DNA of 64,000 nt from Okamejei kenojei. Taxonomy: Eukaryota. Each line of letters starts with the position of its first letter. The stretch's first letter is position 1. The DNA is taken from contig CM069139.1 in NCBI GenBank assembly GCA_035221665.1, forward strand, positions 4,030,001 through 4,094,000, given 5' to 3'. Shown here piece after piece: positions 51,001 to 62,055 of the stretch. The translations under genes and the position numbers were made by a program. The notes beneath the pieces are model-generated. The model had not been told where the DNA came from. It did not search any database and worked only from the letters and a program-made list of their open reading frames with translations.

Positions 51001-51700
51001 AACGGAGACCGCTATACCAGAAACCAACACAGATCAGTCAATGAGAACAAAAACGTGACACATCCACAATCAACTCATTTACCCCCCTTGGTAGGAAAAC
51101 CACCCTAGGGGTAACATTGCACCCCGGTGTTGGGACCCTTGTAACAAGGAGCGTCCACTCAGTGCTGACCCCAGGAGTGTGTGTTGGACCCTTGGTGGTC
51201 GAGGGAGCGTCCTCTGGTGCCTACCCCGGGAGTGTGGTGATGGACTGTGCGGAGGGAGTTTCCTGTGCCGTGACCCCAGGATGTGTGTTGGACTGTGTGT
51301 GAGCGAGCGACACTCAGTGCCATGACCCCAGAAGTGTGTGTTGGGGACTGTGCGGATGGAAGTTCCCTGTTCCTCTGACCCCTGGAGTGTTGTGTTGGGA
51401 CTGTGCGGAGCGGCGTCACTCTGTGCTGACCAGGAGTGTGTGTTGGGACCCCTTGGTTTGTAGAGGAGCGTCACTCGTGCCTGACCCGGGAGAGTGTGTA
51501 AGTTGGGATGTGCGGAGGGAGAGTTTCCCCGTGTCTGACCCTGGTGCTGTAGCGGACACCTGTCCCAAGCACACACAAAGGAGAGCAATGCGGAGAGCCC
51601 AGAGCAGCTAATACACTGGGAAGCCGTGAGTCATTGCAGAGCTGGGCGCTAAGTAATCAGTGTTGCCACAGGCCTGAGATACTTTGTCCTAATTAGTCAA
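45001..51700. repeat. Copy 2 of the ~6.7 kb duplication, including a CR1 (~46920-49345) and a 278-N gap (46558-46835)
   Basis: Colinear with 37320-44085; differences are mostly 1-2 bp indels. Confidence 0.95.
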
Positions 51701-51729
51701 GTCTGTGCTGCTGCTGCCTGTTTACTCAC

Positions 51730-51744
51730 GTTGCCAATGGCAAC
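51730..51744. promoter_or_regulatory. Palindromic RFX X-box candidate (GTTGCCAATGGCAAC)
   Basis: Fits GTNRCC-N(0-3)-RGYAAC with perfect 6-bp half sites. Directly adjacent to a minus-strand donor GTGAGT (51724-51729) in non-repetitive sequence. Confidence 0.5.
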
Positions 51745-53309
51745 AAACCATACATGCGAGTGCAGAGGGTGCACTGTGTGTCTCTGTGTGGTACCCGGGG
51801 GGAACCGTGTGTTACTGCACCATATCTGTCACTTCCATACTCGGACTTTACTCCTTGGAGCGCAGGAGGCTGTGGGGTGACCTTATAGAGGTGTATAACA
51901 TCATGGGGGGATGGGATAGGGTGAATGAACAGAATCTTTTACCCAGAGTAGGAGAATTCAGAGCCAGGTTTAAGGTGAGAGGGAGAGAGAATTAACAGGA
52001 ACCTGAGGGGTAACTTTTTAACACAAAGATTGTTATGTATATGGGATGAGCTGCCGGAGGAGGTAGTTGAGGCAGGTACGATCGTGACATGTACAAAACA
52101 CTTGGACAGGTACATGGATAGGAGGAGGTTTTTTTAGCGGGATATGGCCCAATGCAGGGTATCTCCAAGTGTAGGTGAAGGAACATGCGGAAGCTGGTTT
52201 AAAAACCGAAGATAGACTCAAAGAGTTGGAGTTTTACTCAGCGTGTTGTGTCCTTCTCAAGTGTTAGATTGGGGCATGTTGGTCTGCTGTGGGCAAGGTT
52301 GGGCGCGGTGGGCTCTGTGTGACTCTGGGGCTATATTTGTATCCTGAATCCCATCACATCTTTTCAAAATCCAAATGTTGATAGGAAGGAACTGCAGATG
52401 TTGGCTTACAAAAAAGACACCCAAAGAGCTGGAGTATCAATGTGGGTCAGGCCAGCTATCTGTGGTGGACGTGGATTGGCTGACATTCCTGTTGTTTCAC
52501 GTGTGATATTCCAGACTCAGTTGAGTTACCTTCCAGCACTTTGCGCCCTTTTAAAAAAAAGTTTCCCAAATTCAGACCTAGTTGCCACAACTTACTCAAA
52601 CCCTCTTAAACCTGTGGTTTAGTTTAGAAACATAGAAACAAAAGGAAATTTCAGGTGCAGGAGTAGGCAATTCAGCCTTAGCCTGCACCGCCATTCAATA
52701 TGATCATGGCGGATCATCCAACTCAGTATCCGTACTGCCTTATCTCCATACCCCTGGATCCTTTAGCCACAAGGGCCACATCTATACTCCCTCTTTATAT
52801 ATAGCCCAATGTACTGGCCTCAATACCCTCTGTGGCAGAGAGTTCCAGAGACTCATCACTCTCTGCGTGTGGAAAAAAGTCTTCCTAATCTCGGCTTTAA
52901 AGGATTTCCCCCTTATCCTTAAGCTGTGACCCCTTGGTCCTGGAGTTCCCCAACTTCGGGGAACAATCTTCCTGCATCTTGCCTGTCCAACCCTTATGAA
53001 TTTGTAAGTTTCTATAAGATCCTAAATTCTTTATACCGAGGATACTATCCAGTCTTTCTTCTAAGACGTCCCTGACATCCCAGGAATCAGGTCTGGTGAA
53101 CCTTTTCTGTACTTCCCTTCTATGGCAATCATGTCCTTCTCAGATTTGGTGACCAAAAATGTACGCAATTCTCCAGGTTGTGGCCTCACAAGACCCTGTA
53201 CAACTGAAGTAGAACCTCCCTGGCTCTTGTACTCAAATCCTTTTTGCTATGAATGGCAACATTCCATTTGTTTTCTTCACTGCCTGCCTGCACTCCTGTC
53301 ATTTTTTCC

Positions 53310-53725
53310 TACTTTTGGAGGATCAGCACTCTTATTCCGCTTGGGGAGTCTGCATCTTTAGGGCTTGAACATTGAATTTTCTCAATTCTGTTAAACCCTT
53401 GACTGTCTCCTCCCCTTTCCCACTCTCCCTGCTGCCATTCGGGCCCTGGCATTCCCTCTATCTCTATCTCCCTCCCCCACCCAGTCGCACCAGTTCTCAT
53501 TTTCAACTACCTCAAACAGCTACAATGGGCTTGATCCTGTTTCTTCGATACTTTTTTGGAAATCTTTCACTCATTGTTCCTTATCTCTCACATCACCGTC
53601 TATATCTCTCGTTTCCCTGATCCCTGACCAGTCTGAAGAAGGGTCTCGACCCGAAACGTCGCCTATCTCCTTCGCTCCTTAGATGCTGCTGCACCCACAG
53701 AGTTTCTCCAGCTTTTTGTGTAACC
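53310..53725 (+). mobile_element. Penelope-like element 3' end: GIY-YIG ORF C-terminus and terminal repeat
   Basis: LEDQH.LFRLGSLH..GLNIEFSQF* at 53315-53394 is a typical PLE ORF end. It is followed by a pyrimidine-rich UTR and the hammerhead-like motif. Confidence 0.75.
53628..53664 (+). ncRNA. Minimal type I hammerhead ribozyme motif (Penelope type)
   Basis: CTGAAGA-A (53633-53640), stem II GGGTC/TC/GACCC, GAAAC, GTC cleavage triplet (53658-53660). Stem III is reduced to palindromic ACGT and stem I is weak. Confidence 0.55.
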
Positions 53726-53909
53726 CCCCCCCCCCCCCCCCCCCCCCCCCTGCCTACTTTCAATGACTGGTGTACCATGACACCCAGGTCTCGCTGCATC
53801 TCCCCTTTTCCTAATCGGCCACCATTTAGATAATAGTCTGTTTCCTGTTTTTGCCACCAAAGTGGGTAACCTCACATTTATCCACATTACACTGCATCTG
53901 CCATGCATT

Positions 53910-54230
53910 TAGTTTAGAGATGCAGCTCAGAAACAGGCCCTTTGGTTCACTGATTCCATGCTGCTCAGTGATCACCCATTCACACTAGTTCGATGTTATT
54001 CCACTTTCTCATCCACTCCCTGCACCAGGGACAATTTACTGAAGTCAATTAACCTACAAACCCGCACGTCTTTGGGATGTGAGAGTAAACCGGAGCACCC
54101 GGAGAAAACCCACGCGGTCACATGGTGAACGTGCAAACTCCACACACAGACAGCAGTCGGGATCATACCTGGGTCTCTGGAGCAGTGAGGCAGCAGCTCT
54201 GCCAGCTCAGCGTCTGTGCTGCCCTCTGTG
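53910..54230 (-). mobile_element. V-SINE (HE1-like)
   Basis: Head, V-domain and tail on the minus strand; another copy lies at ~56860-57110. Confidence 0.8.
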
Positions 54231-57200
54231 AGCTTAGTCCTGCGCTCTAGAGTTATAGAGTGATACAGTGTGGAAACAGGCCCTTCAGCCCAACTTGCCC
54301 ACACCGGCCAACATCTCCCATCTACACCAGTCCCACCTGCCTGCGTTTGGCCCATATCACTACAGACCTGTCCTATCCATATACCAGTCTAACTGTTTCT
54401 TAAACGTTGGGATAGTCCCAGCCTCAACTACCTCCACTGCCAGCTCGTTCCATACACCCACCACCCTGTGTGTGCAAAAGTTACCCCTCAGATTTCTATT
54501 AAATCTTTTTCCCTTCACCCTAAATTCTAGAGCTAACTGCATCTGGAACAAGCTACCAGAGAAAGCTGTAGAAGCGGAAACAATTGCAACTTTCAAAGGT
54601 CATGTCGATAGATATATATATACATGTATGTGTAGGACAGGGTTGGAGGGCCGATGGCAAATGCAGGCAAACGTGGATAGGTATATGTTCGGGAAGGGAA
54701 TGGAGGGGTATGGTCTGAGTGCAGGTAGATGGGACTAGGGGAAAATAAATGGTCGGCACGGACTGGAAGGGCCGAGAGGGCCTGTTTCCTTGCTGTAATT
54801 GTTATATGGTTACATGGTTATTTGGTTATGTGACTAGTTCAGAATATCACCGCCTTAGAAGGCCCATCTTGGGCAGCATGGCCAAGATGGGCTGAAGGGC
54901 CTGTTTCTGTGCTGTTCGCCTCTATAGTCACAGAGTCACACGGCACGGAAACAGGCCCTTCAGCCCATGCTCTTGCTTCTTGGCCCTCCAAAATATTCCA
55001 AATGGAATTTAAACTGGAGGTGGCTGAGGGTGGACTCAAGCAAAAAAGAATTCTTGGAGAAGAAGAGCTACCTTAAATGTAGTTGTGTCTGGAGGAGTAA
55101 CTGTGGTCGGGTGAAGACTATTCCATGCTTTACGTGGGCGGGGGAGGCACGATTTGCTGTACACTTCTGTCCTGGTAGCTGGCATCTCAAATTGACTAAG
55201 ATGCCCCACCTACACTCGTTCCACCTGCCCACGTATGGCCCATGAATTACTATCTGCCAACAGTGACCTAACGATGACCCTTGGACAATCTTTGATCAGA
55301 CTTTGCTGGCTTTATCGAGCACTAAATGTCATTTCCTTATCGTGTATGTGTCCACTGTGAATGGCTCCATTGCCTGGCTAGCATGCAACAGAAGCTTTTC
55401 ACTGTATCACCGTACACGTGACAATAAACGACACTAAGCCAGGGTAAATATCCCTCTAAACCTTTCCTACCCTGTCGCAATGTCTTGTGAGTGTTGTTAT
55501 CGTGCTTGCCTGTATGGTTCTTTCAGTTTTGCTTAGTAAACTACAACATGCAGGAACCAGTTCCATGAAAGTGCTCAGCAAATGGCCAGGTGAAGCAGGT
55601 AATTTGAAGCCGTCCCTCCCTCCCCCTCCCTCCCTCCCGCTTACCCTCCCACACCCACTAACACACCTTAAGCCAGAGCTCTCCCCCACCCCCTGCCGAG
55701 TCTCCCCACAGCCAGGCATTGAATTGTGAACGGTGCGGCCGGCCCCTGTGCTATTTGGGAACTTCCCAAGGATGGCTGAGGTTTATCCAGCCCTTTATCA
55801 GAGTCAGCGAGGCACGCCTAACTAACACAACAAACTGTGTGCGTGTTAACTCCCTCCCCTCCCCTCCCTCGCTGTGACTCAGTCTGCTACAGGGGCGGGA
55901 GATTGCAACCTTCACGAGGCGCCCCCTCCTTCGACGAATGCAACCAACCCAGCGTGCACAAACAAATAAGATCAAATAGAACAAGTTGTCCGACAACTTT
56001 AAGCTGTGCTACAAGGAACTAGCAAAACACAAAGTGCTGGAGTATCTCAGCAGGTCGGGCAGCATCTGTGGACAAACTGTTCCATGGAAACATAGAAAAA
56101 TAGGCGCAGGAGTAGGCCATTCTGCCCTTCGAGCCAGCACCGCCATTGAATGAATACGTTTATTGGCCAAATATTCACATACAAGGAATTAGCCTTGGTG
56201 CTCCGCCCGCAAGTGACAACATAATGTACGGTGACGGTTAGGAATGACACATTAAACATTAAAAATAAAACATTATCGATTAAACATGTGAATTCAATAA
56301 AATACCAGAGCAAAAGGAGGCTACAGATTGTTGGTTATTGAGTAGACTCTAGTCGTGGATAAAAGCTGTTTTATGTGATTCAATGTGATCATGGCTGATC
56401 ATCTAAAATCTGTACCCCGTTCCAGCTTTTTCCCCATACCCTTTCCCTTTAGCCCTAAGAGCTAAATCTAACTCTCTCTTGAAAACATCCAGTGAATTGG
56501 CCTCCACTGCCTTCTGTGGCAGAGACTCCCACAGATTCACAACTCTCTGGGTGAAAAAGCGATTCACACACCACCCACCCTCTGTGTGAAAACGTTGCCC
56601 TTCTGGTTCTTGCTTCCTCTTCCCTGGGTCAAATATTCATTCACCCTATCTATTCCCCCTCATGGTTTTACACAACTCCATAATCAATAAATTAATGCGA
56701 GAAAAAAAACAGCCGCGATGGAGGAACTGCAGATGCTGGGATGCTGAGCAAAGTACAGAGTGCTGGAGGAACTCAGCGGGTCGTGGGGAGAGTGGGACAG
56801 GGAACGTTTCGGGCCGAGAGCCTCCTTCCAATCCTCCACAAATGCTGCCGGCCCGTTAAGGTTATGGTTTAGAGTCGGCGCCGACCATCTATCGCCCATT
56901 CACACTAGTTCCGTGCTATCCCCCTTTCCCCATGCACTCCCCACACCATTCACAGAGGGCAAATTAACCGGCACACCCTCACGTCCTTGGGATGGGGGAG
57001 GAAACCGGAGCGCCCGGAGGAAACCCACGCGGTCACAGGGAGAAGCTGCAAACCCCACACACCGGCAGCAGCCGAGGCCGGGCTCTGGTTTCGCTGCTGC
57101 ATGGCTGGAAAAAGAGCTCCAACCCCAACCCGAAACCATCTCCTCTCCTCCACCCCCCTCGGCAACCTGGCGACAATGTTCCTCCCGCATTGGACCAGTC

Positions 57201-57399
57201 TGAAGAAGGGTCTCGGCCCGAAGCGTCGCCTGTCTCCTTCGCTCCTTAGATGCTGCTGCTCCCGCTGAGTTTCTCCAGCCTGTTGTGTGCCCCCTTACTC
57301 CAGCATTGTGTCTACTCTGGGTGTGAAGCCAGCGTCTGCCTGCGGCTGCTTCACACACACATACTCTTAGAGCTGCATCTAGAGGTGCAAGACTCTTAA

Positions 57400-57850
57400 A
57401 CAAGAGACCCAGGGTGCTGGAGCAACCCAGCGGGTCGGGCAACATCACGGATCCATGTTCCCCACAGACGCTGCCCGACCCCTGGCTCCCTCCAGCAGCC
57501 TGTGTGTGTCTGGCTACGAGCGCACGCTTGGGCGAGTGGACGGGACGAGGGGCAGGGAGCGGCGGGGTGGGCCGATCGGCCTCGGGGACACCCCCCTGTC
57601 CTACCTTGGTGTCCGGCGGGCGCGGCCATCCCGGGTCCGGGGTCTGTGGACACCTGTACAGGGCGAGCAGAGACAGGCCAGTCCCTCCCTGTGGCCGTCG
57701 ACACTGCGCCTGGTCCCAGCCCACAACACGTATTTACATAAACCTCAGTGAACCAAACTCTCTCGGCGTCCGCGCTCTCATTCCCATCTCATTCCCAACG
57801 CAAACATCCCGCAGAGAGACCCGCTCCTCCCCCCCTCTCCTCTCCCGCCC
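57400..57850. promoter_or_regulatory. CpG/GC-rich island around the candidate start exon
   Basis: Locally dense CpGs (e.g. GGCGGGCGCGGCC, CCGGGTCCGG) in unique sequence, judged by eye. Confidence 0.45.
57605..57629 (-). CDS. SYNE2: Candidate first coding exon of nesprin-2 (MAAPAGHQ + 1 nt; whole exon 57605-57653)
   Basis: Acceptor CTCTGCTCGCCCTGTACAG|G, strong Kozak GGGATGG and donor AAG|GTAGGA. The phase-1 end splices in frame to the 35999-36060 exon. Confidence 0.55.
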
Positions 57851-58734
57851 CCAGCCATCTCCCACACCCTCCCCACTCTTTCTTCAAAAGCCATTTCACA
57901 AATTACCTTTATTTGTCATTTAACAACCGAAATATAGATTACAGAACGCAGGAAGAATGAGGAAATGCGGGAGCTGCTGCAAGTGTTGGTTTACAGAAGA
58001 AGACACAGAGTGCTGGAGTAACTCAGTGGGTCAGGTCAGGTCAGGTCAGGTCAGGCAGCATCTCTGGAGAATGTGGGACAGGCAGCGTTTCTGGTCAAAA
58101 CCCTTCAATGCAGGTACAGGCTCTTCTGCCCACGGTGGAGTCACAAAGGTGCCAGACTGAGAACAAAACATGGAACAGTACAGCACAGGAAGAGGCCCTT
58201 CGGCCCACAACGTCCATGGTGAACTTTGCATTTAGCTCTCAGGGCTAAAAGAATGAAGGGATATGGGGGAAAAGCAGGAACGGGGTACTGATTTTAGATG
58301 ATCAGCCGTGATCACATTGAATGGCTGTGCTGGCTCGAAGGGCCGAATGGCCTACTCCTGCACCTATTTTTCTATGTTTCCAAGTTAAACTAATCTCCTC
58401 TGCCTGCACGTGATCCACATCCATCCATTCCCTGCAGATCCATGTGCCTATTTAAAAACTTCAAACACCACTATGGTGCCTGCCTCCACCACCAGCCCTG
58501 GCAGCGCCTTCCGGCACCCACCACCCTCTGTGTAAAAAAACGTGTTCCACACATCTCCTTTAAACACAGCCCCTTAAAGTTGTGCCCTCTAGTGTTCAAC
58601 ATTCCTGACTGTGCAAGACTCTGCATCCACCCCCAGTGCCGGTACATTCCACGTTGCTGGACATACCCAGTGGTGTCGGCATATGTCTTTTCCTTACGTA
58701 TAACACCATTGCCCCCAGGGTGACATCCCTTCCC

Positions 58735-59335
58735 TTGTCAAGATTCAAGAGTGTTTTATTGTTATACAAGACCAAGTGGGACCAGTTGGGAGGCGGGGGG
58801 CTGTGGCGTCACACACACAAGCTTATTTGAGGGTGTAGTGATTAATGGCTGTAGGGAAGAAGCTGTTCCTAAACCTGGACGTTACAGTTTTCGGGATCCT
58901 GTACCTTCTTCCCGATGCAGTGGTGAAATGAAGTGTGGCCAGGATGCTGTGGGTCTCTGATGATGTGTTTGAGGCAGTGACTCAGGTTAATCCCTTCAAT
59001 GGTGGGGAGGTCGGAACCCGGGGTGGACTGGGCCGTTCACAACTTTCTGCAGTCGCCTTTGTTCCTTGGTGTTGGAGTTGCTGAAGCAGGCCCTGACGTA
59101 ACCAGTCAGTACGCTCTCTACTGTACACCTGTAGAGGTTCAAGTGAGTCCTCTCTCACATACCGAATCTCTGCAATCTCCTCGGGAAGTAGAGGCGCTGG
59201 TGTGCTTTCTTTATAATTGCATCAGTGTGCAGGGTCCAGGAAAGATCTTCAGAAAGATGCACGCCCAGAAACGTGAAGCTTCTGACTCTCTCCCCCATCG
59301 CCCCGTCAATAGAGACAGATTTATTTGTCCTCATG
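58735..59335 (-). mobile_element. Rex/Babar-clade LINE 3' part
   Basis: FTFLGVHLSEDLSWTLHTDAIIKKAHQRLYF.RRL.RFGM. Confidence 0.8.
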
Positions 59336-59339
59336 CATT

Positions 59340-59545
59340 GTTTGAGGGGCGTCTCCACCACACCCTGCCCCCCATGTCCAGCAGCAGACGGACCCTAGAC
59401 TGTGGTCCTCCCCCACCGAGCCTTGGCGTTGGCTGCTGGAGCTTCAGCGCGTCCCTCAGCACGTACTCCTGCAGTCAGCAGCGGGCCAGGCGGCAACATT
59501 CCCCGACGGACATCTCGCTCTGCAGGGAGGCCAACAGGTTTCAGT
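59340..59545 (-). mobile_element. Tx1/L1-like LINE 3' fragment
   Basis: Homologous to 60530-60730 (..AANAKARWGR.TV*). Confidence 0.7.
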
Positions 59546-60340
59546 GAGAAACTTGAACTGATGGTCCCCTTCCATCTAAATTCCTTCATCTGGCTTCACA
59601 ATTCAACTCTTCCCTCCTTATCTCACTTTAAAAAAAAATCTTTTCATCTCAGGCCTTTGTCCAATCATCTGCCTATCAAAAAACTATGATATATATCCAT
59701 CTATCATTTGTCACCGTTTGTTTCACTTCACCTCTCTTCCAGCCCACGTCAGGCTGAAGAAGGGTCCCAACTCTAAACATCATCTATCCATGTTCTCCAC
59801 AGCGGGTGGGTGCTTGCGATGTGCCGCCCTATCTATTTATCCTATGATTTAGAAAATAGGTGTGCAGGAGGAGGCCATTCGGCCCTTCGAGCCAGCACCG
59901 CTAAATTTGATATACTTCTGGCAGTCTGTTCGTTTTTTTAATTTATTTTTTATTTTTTAGTGCGTTAAAAGTTTTTTTTAATGTTCTTCGGTTTGTTTTA
60001 TGTGGGGGGAGGGGGGAGGGGATCGGGGGAAGTCTCCCAGTACTTCCCGGAGATGAGATCGATTTTCGGATCACATTCTCCGGGCTCTGCGGCCTACCGT
60101 CGATGGAGCTGGAAGCCTCCTCGGCCTGTCGTGAGCCCCACCGCGGGGCGCGGACTTAACATCGGAGCTGATCCCTTGCCTGGGATCGCTCCCAGCGCGG
60201 AATCACCATCAAGGGCTCGCGGAAAGCTCGACCACGCGATGTCCGTTCACCCGGCGCGGGGGAGCTAACATCACCCCGATGCAGGAGCTTGATCTCCTCG
60301 ACGCACAGGGCCCGAACACCGCCGGCTACGGGAGGCAAGA

Positions 60341-60872
60341 TTTTTTTTTTTTTTCAAAATATACTTTATTCGAATGATAAATATATACAATACATTAACC
60401 TTGCGGAAAATCCATCCGACAATTTTGGAGGCTGTACAATAGATCAATACAGTTTAGACATTTTCTTTTTCCCAAGTTTCCACAAATCAGTCCCCCACTC
60501 ATGCCACAATGGCGTGGGATACCTTCCCTTATATTGAGGGGAGTCTCCACAATACTGTGCCACCCCATGTCCAGCAGCGGAAGGGCGTTAGACTGTGGCC
60601 CTCCCCCACCGAGCCTTGGCGTTGGCTGCACCGAGCTTCAGTGCGTCCCTCAGCACGTACCTCCCTGCAGTCTGCAGCGGGCCAGTCGGCAACATTCCCT
60701 GACGGACATCTCGCTCTGCTGGGTGGTGAACAATGCTCGGGCAGACCAAAGGGCGTCTTTTACCGAGTTGATGACCCTCCAGCAGCACTCGATGTCAGTC
60801 CTCTGAATGTGTCCCTGGGAACAGTCCGTAAATCACAGAGTCCTCTGTGACGGAGCTGTTTCGGGATTAAAG
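60341..60872 (-). mobile_element. 5'-truncated Tx1/L1-like LINE with poly(A) tail and 12-bp TSD
   Basis: T-run at 60341-60355 with TTTATT (AATAAA on minus) at 60365. The ORF end reads SVIYGLFPGTH...CWRVINSVKDALWSAR...YVLRDALKLGAANAKARWG. CGGGAGGCAAGA lies at 60329-60340 and 60873-60884. Confidence 0.8.
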
Positions 60873-61032
60873 CGGGAGGCAAGATCATCCCGTCAACAGG
60901 GGCTCGAGACCCATGATCGAGGAAGAACAGAAGGAAGAGGCTTGCTTTATATCACCTTCCATCACAGTGAGGAAAGCGTAGGAGTCACTGTGGTGGATGT
61001 TCATGTTAAAATGCATTTTTTTGAGTGATAGC

Positions 61033-61540
61033 CAATAGACAATAGACAATAGGTGCAGGAGCAGGCCATTCGGCCCTTCGAGCCAGCACCGCCATTCAAT
61101 GTGATCAAGGCTGATCATCCACAATCAGTACCCCGTTCCTGCCTTCTCCCCATATCCCCTGACTCCGCTATCTTTAAGAGCCCTATCTAGCTCTCTCTTG
61201 AAAGTATCCATAGAACCGGCCTCCACCGCCCTCTGAGGCAGAGAATTCCACAGACTCACAACTCTCTGTGAGAAAAAGTGTTTCCTCGTCTATGTTCCAA
61301 ATGGCTTACCCCTTATTCTGTGGCCCCTGGTTCTGGACTCCCCCAACATCGGGAACATGTTTCCTGCCTCTAGTGTGTCCAAACCCTTAACAATCTTATA
61401 TGTTTCAATGAGATAACCTCTCAACCTTCTAAACTCCAGCGTGTACAAGCCCAGCCTCTCCATTCTCTCGGCATATGACAGTCCCGCCATCCCGGGAATT
61501 AACCTTGTAAACCTACGCTGCACTCCCTCAATAGCAAGAA
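61033..61540 (-). mobile_element. CR1 LINE 3' end
   Basis: (CAATAGA)3 tail; [44 protein letters not shown]. Confidence 0.9.
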
Positions 61541-62055
61541 TATCTGTTGCTTTTAATTGTATGACTTACCTGGCCAATGAAATTCCTCATATGTTGCAAA
61601 ACATACTTGGCGAATAAAGTGTGATTCTGATTCTGCCTCAGAACAGCAGCCGACTTAATCAAACACCCTGGTTATTCCTTCTTCTCCCCGCTCCCACCCG
61701 GCAGAAGGTACAGAAGCTTGAAAGCGCGCACCACCAGACTCAGGAACAGCTTCTTCCCCTCTGCTGAGAACTATATTCTGCTCTATTGTACTTGAGTTTG
61801 AACTGATTGTATTTGTGTATAGTGTTATCTGATCTGTTTAAGAAAGAACTGCAGATGCTGGAAAAATCGAAGGTAGACAAAAATGCTGGAGAAACTCAGC
61901 GGATGAGGCTGCATCTATGGAGCGAAGGAATAGGTGACGTATCGGGTTGAGACCCTTCTTGGACAGCTTGCAAAGCAGAGCATTTCACTCTTACCTCGGT
62001 GCATGTGACAATAATAAACCTAACCCCTCAGCCTCTGGTGATCCAGAGAAAACAA

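Larger units (their letters stand above)
52625..53905 (-). mobile_element. CR1 LINE 3' part, interrupted by a Penelope fragment
   Basis: Reverse complement of the 28150-29000 CR1 segment; the AGAAACATAGAAA tail is at 52626. Confidence 0.88.

Noticed and set aside
55860-55900. AP-1 (TGACTCA, 55875-55881) and GC-box (55892-55899) as an enhancer
   Set aside because: Short motifs are expected by chance in 64 kb; there is no independent support and the GC-box may belong to a repeat.
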